Below are positions 61,717 to 64,000 of a stretch of DNA of 64,000 bases, piece by piece. Within the stretch, counting starts at the first letter, position 1. Each line of letters starts with the position of its first letter. Origin of the DNA: Leucoraja erinacea. Taxonomy: Eukaryota. The DNA lies in NCBI RefSeq assembly GCF_028641065.1, contig NC_073408.1:12524001-12588000 (forward strand). Direction: 5' to 3'. The notes below the pieces were generated by a model. The model worked only from the letters and a program-made list of their open reading frames with translations. It had not been told where the DNA came from and searched no databases. The translations under genes were made by a program, and so were the position numbers.

Positions 61717-64000
61717 TTGTTTGTTTTTTGGATATTAATGGGAACCAAGGTACAGGGTTAGTTCAGGAAGAGATAAAACATCAGTCATGGTCTTAGTGAA
61801 AGGCTGGGCAGGCAAGTGGGCCTGGGTGACCTGCCCCTGCTTCCATTTCTTATACTGTTACATGTGCTCAAATGTTAACATTTGTTAAGCAGTTGATCAA
61901 AAAGTTCTGCAGTTAACGATTCATTACTTATTGTAATATTAAGGGTTCCAACATGAAGAATTTTACAGTCATTTTGTATATTTGCAATAGAACATAGAAC
62001 AGTATAGGAACAGGCCCTTTATTCCTCAATGTCTGTGCCGAATATGTTGCCAAAACAAACTCTTAAATGCCTGTACATAATCTACATCCCTCCATTCCCT
62101 GTATATCCATGTGCCTGTCCAAAAGCCTCACATCTGCCTTTGCCACTACCCCCAGCAGCACAATCCAGGCACTCACCAGCCTTCTGTCAGGTAAAGTATG
62201 AATACATTGGAACAAAATCTACATTATATATTTGATTTACCAGACTCAATGTACGAATTAAAACATCATGTGATTGCAACAAAAATGCACATTCAAATGT
62301 ATACAGAACATGCCAAAAGTAACTTGCACCAAGTGACAATCTGATAATGAACCATAATTTCCATTCAGCAGTGAGGAGTGGTCACTTGCCAAAAACCTTA
62401 AAGAGGCCAGGCCACAGAGACGAGGCAGCTTCTGCTGTATGTACTGCGTACCCAATGTGATTCACAAGAAGCCACCTTGTCTTATGTAGGATAGACACAA
62501 TATGCTGGAGTAACTCAGTGGGTCAGGCAGCATCTTTGGAGGGTTCCTTCCTACTCATCTAATGTAGGAGATGTGTGGGATCTAGCAATTGTGAGGTAAT
62601 CAAGTATGCACAGCAGACAATTCAGTGAGAAAGTCCTCGCAGCGCACAAGATAAGAAATAAAACTCACTCAATTTTACAACTTTTCAATAACTTTATTTT
62701 TAAAAATGATATTCCAGGCCAGGATTTTGCTGGACTTTTCCAGACAAGAGAGGTTAGAGCTCCTTACATTCTTAAAGCTCTTAGTTACACTTCATTTATT
62801 GTTGCTTAAACATTTCACAATGAGTATCGACGCACAGCATCTAACCATCTAGTTCGGAACTGATTTAATCCACAACTCTTGCAACAACACACCAAACTTC
62901 ATCTGTCGAGAATCCAATAATCTCTTACTGCTGGAATGTCCTGACTAGCTGTGCACATATACACACCATCCTGGTCATTTTTACAGGGACATCTGTTTAC
63001 AATTATACTGTCTTTATAATTAGAAAGTCCATGCTATTTTGTGATTGATGATGAGAGCTCATTTAACTTTATGCAAACCCAACTGTTGTAACATATGAAT
63101 TATAGTATATACATAATTCAGGGGTTCAGCCGCAGCAATTGATGTAATACTGCAGCCAATAATTTAATGAAAGTACGTATGTTTGCGTGTTGCTCATATG
63201 TCCATTAGACTGTTATTTTTGGCATTTATCAGGACAATGGCAATGTTCCCAGATCAAAGTTCAGCATTTTTCATTCTTCATACATTCTATTCTCTGTTGG
63301 TTCTTTAAATGCATTTCTGTACATTTTCCTGAGCAAAGCAACCTTTTTAAACTTTGCTAGGATTCCATTTTGAAAAAACCAGATCCATCCAAAGAATCCA
63401 TTTGGTGAAATTGTTGCTGACAGACCTATTTAATTCAAAAGACAGCCTTTCACAATAAGCCCATGCACAGAAAATGGTCAGCTTGGCAGAGTCTTAACGT
63501 AGCCAAGGACCATTCACTTCAATACTGCATATATTTCTGCCTTCCAATCCTGTTAATGACTTAATAATATAACCACTCATTTCACTTAAAGAAAAATAAT
63601 GTATTGAACAGTGGCTTTGACATAGCCAAGTACGTCAAGTATGATACAAGGGCATTATTGATTTAAAAAAATGACGGGCCCATGAACACACTGAAAGCTT
63701 GGAGTCAGAGGAAAGAGATAGAAAGCATTGGAGAGAAATGTTATGTTTAACACCTGGGGCAGTTGACAGTGGGATAGCAGATAGAATTTGAGGAACACAA
63801 AGATTTCAATGATGGAGGAGGCTAGATACAGAGAGGGGACGGGGTTATATCCAAAACTGATCAACTTCTCTTGAGATCCCCTTGTGTATAAGAAATTCTT
63901 AGCAGAATTGGTCACACACTCATGGAACCAGGAAGGAGATCATTGAACTCATATGTTTCCCCAGCTCTTTCAACACACAAACCCGTCCACACACTCCCTG

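Overview
Eukaryotic, repeat-rich vertebrate DNA. The repeat repertoire (HE1/V-SINE, SacSINE1-like Deu-SINE, CR1, Rex1/Babar, L2, Penelope-derived foldbacks) points to a cartilaginous fish, probably a skate or ray (inference). One host gene is present: a CLMP (CXADR-like membrane protein) orthologue on the minus strand. Six coding exons (2-7) were reconstructed by hand with GT/AG junctions and consistent phases: 28030-28178, 19560-19764, 13379-13546, 10992-11114, 10532-10673, 4441-4726. Exon 1 was not found, so 28179-64000 is probably intron 1; 1-4440 is 3' UTR or downstream sequence. Almost all other ORFs in the track are transposon debris or chance. The most notable non-gene signal is a dense set of Penelope-derived short elements carrying a minimal hammerhead-ribozyme core, several as foldbacks and several with 9-14 bp target-site duplications. 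Also present: a HERO-type RLE retrotransposon, three Harbinger-like MITEs with shared TIRs, a short-LTR non-autonomous element, a Helitron-like element with 51-bp tandem repeats, GC-rich non-coding retroposons and several long hairpins. No CRISPR, rRNA or true tRNA genes were seen. Family names come from recognition by eye, not database searches, and repeat boundaries are approximate unless junctions are quoted.
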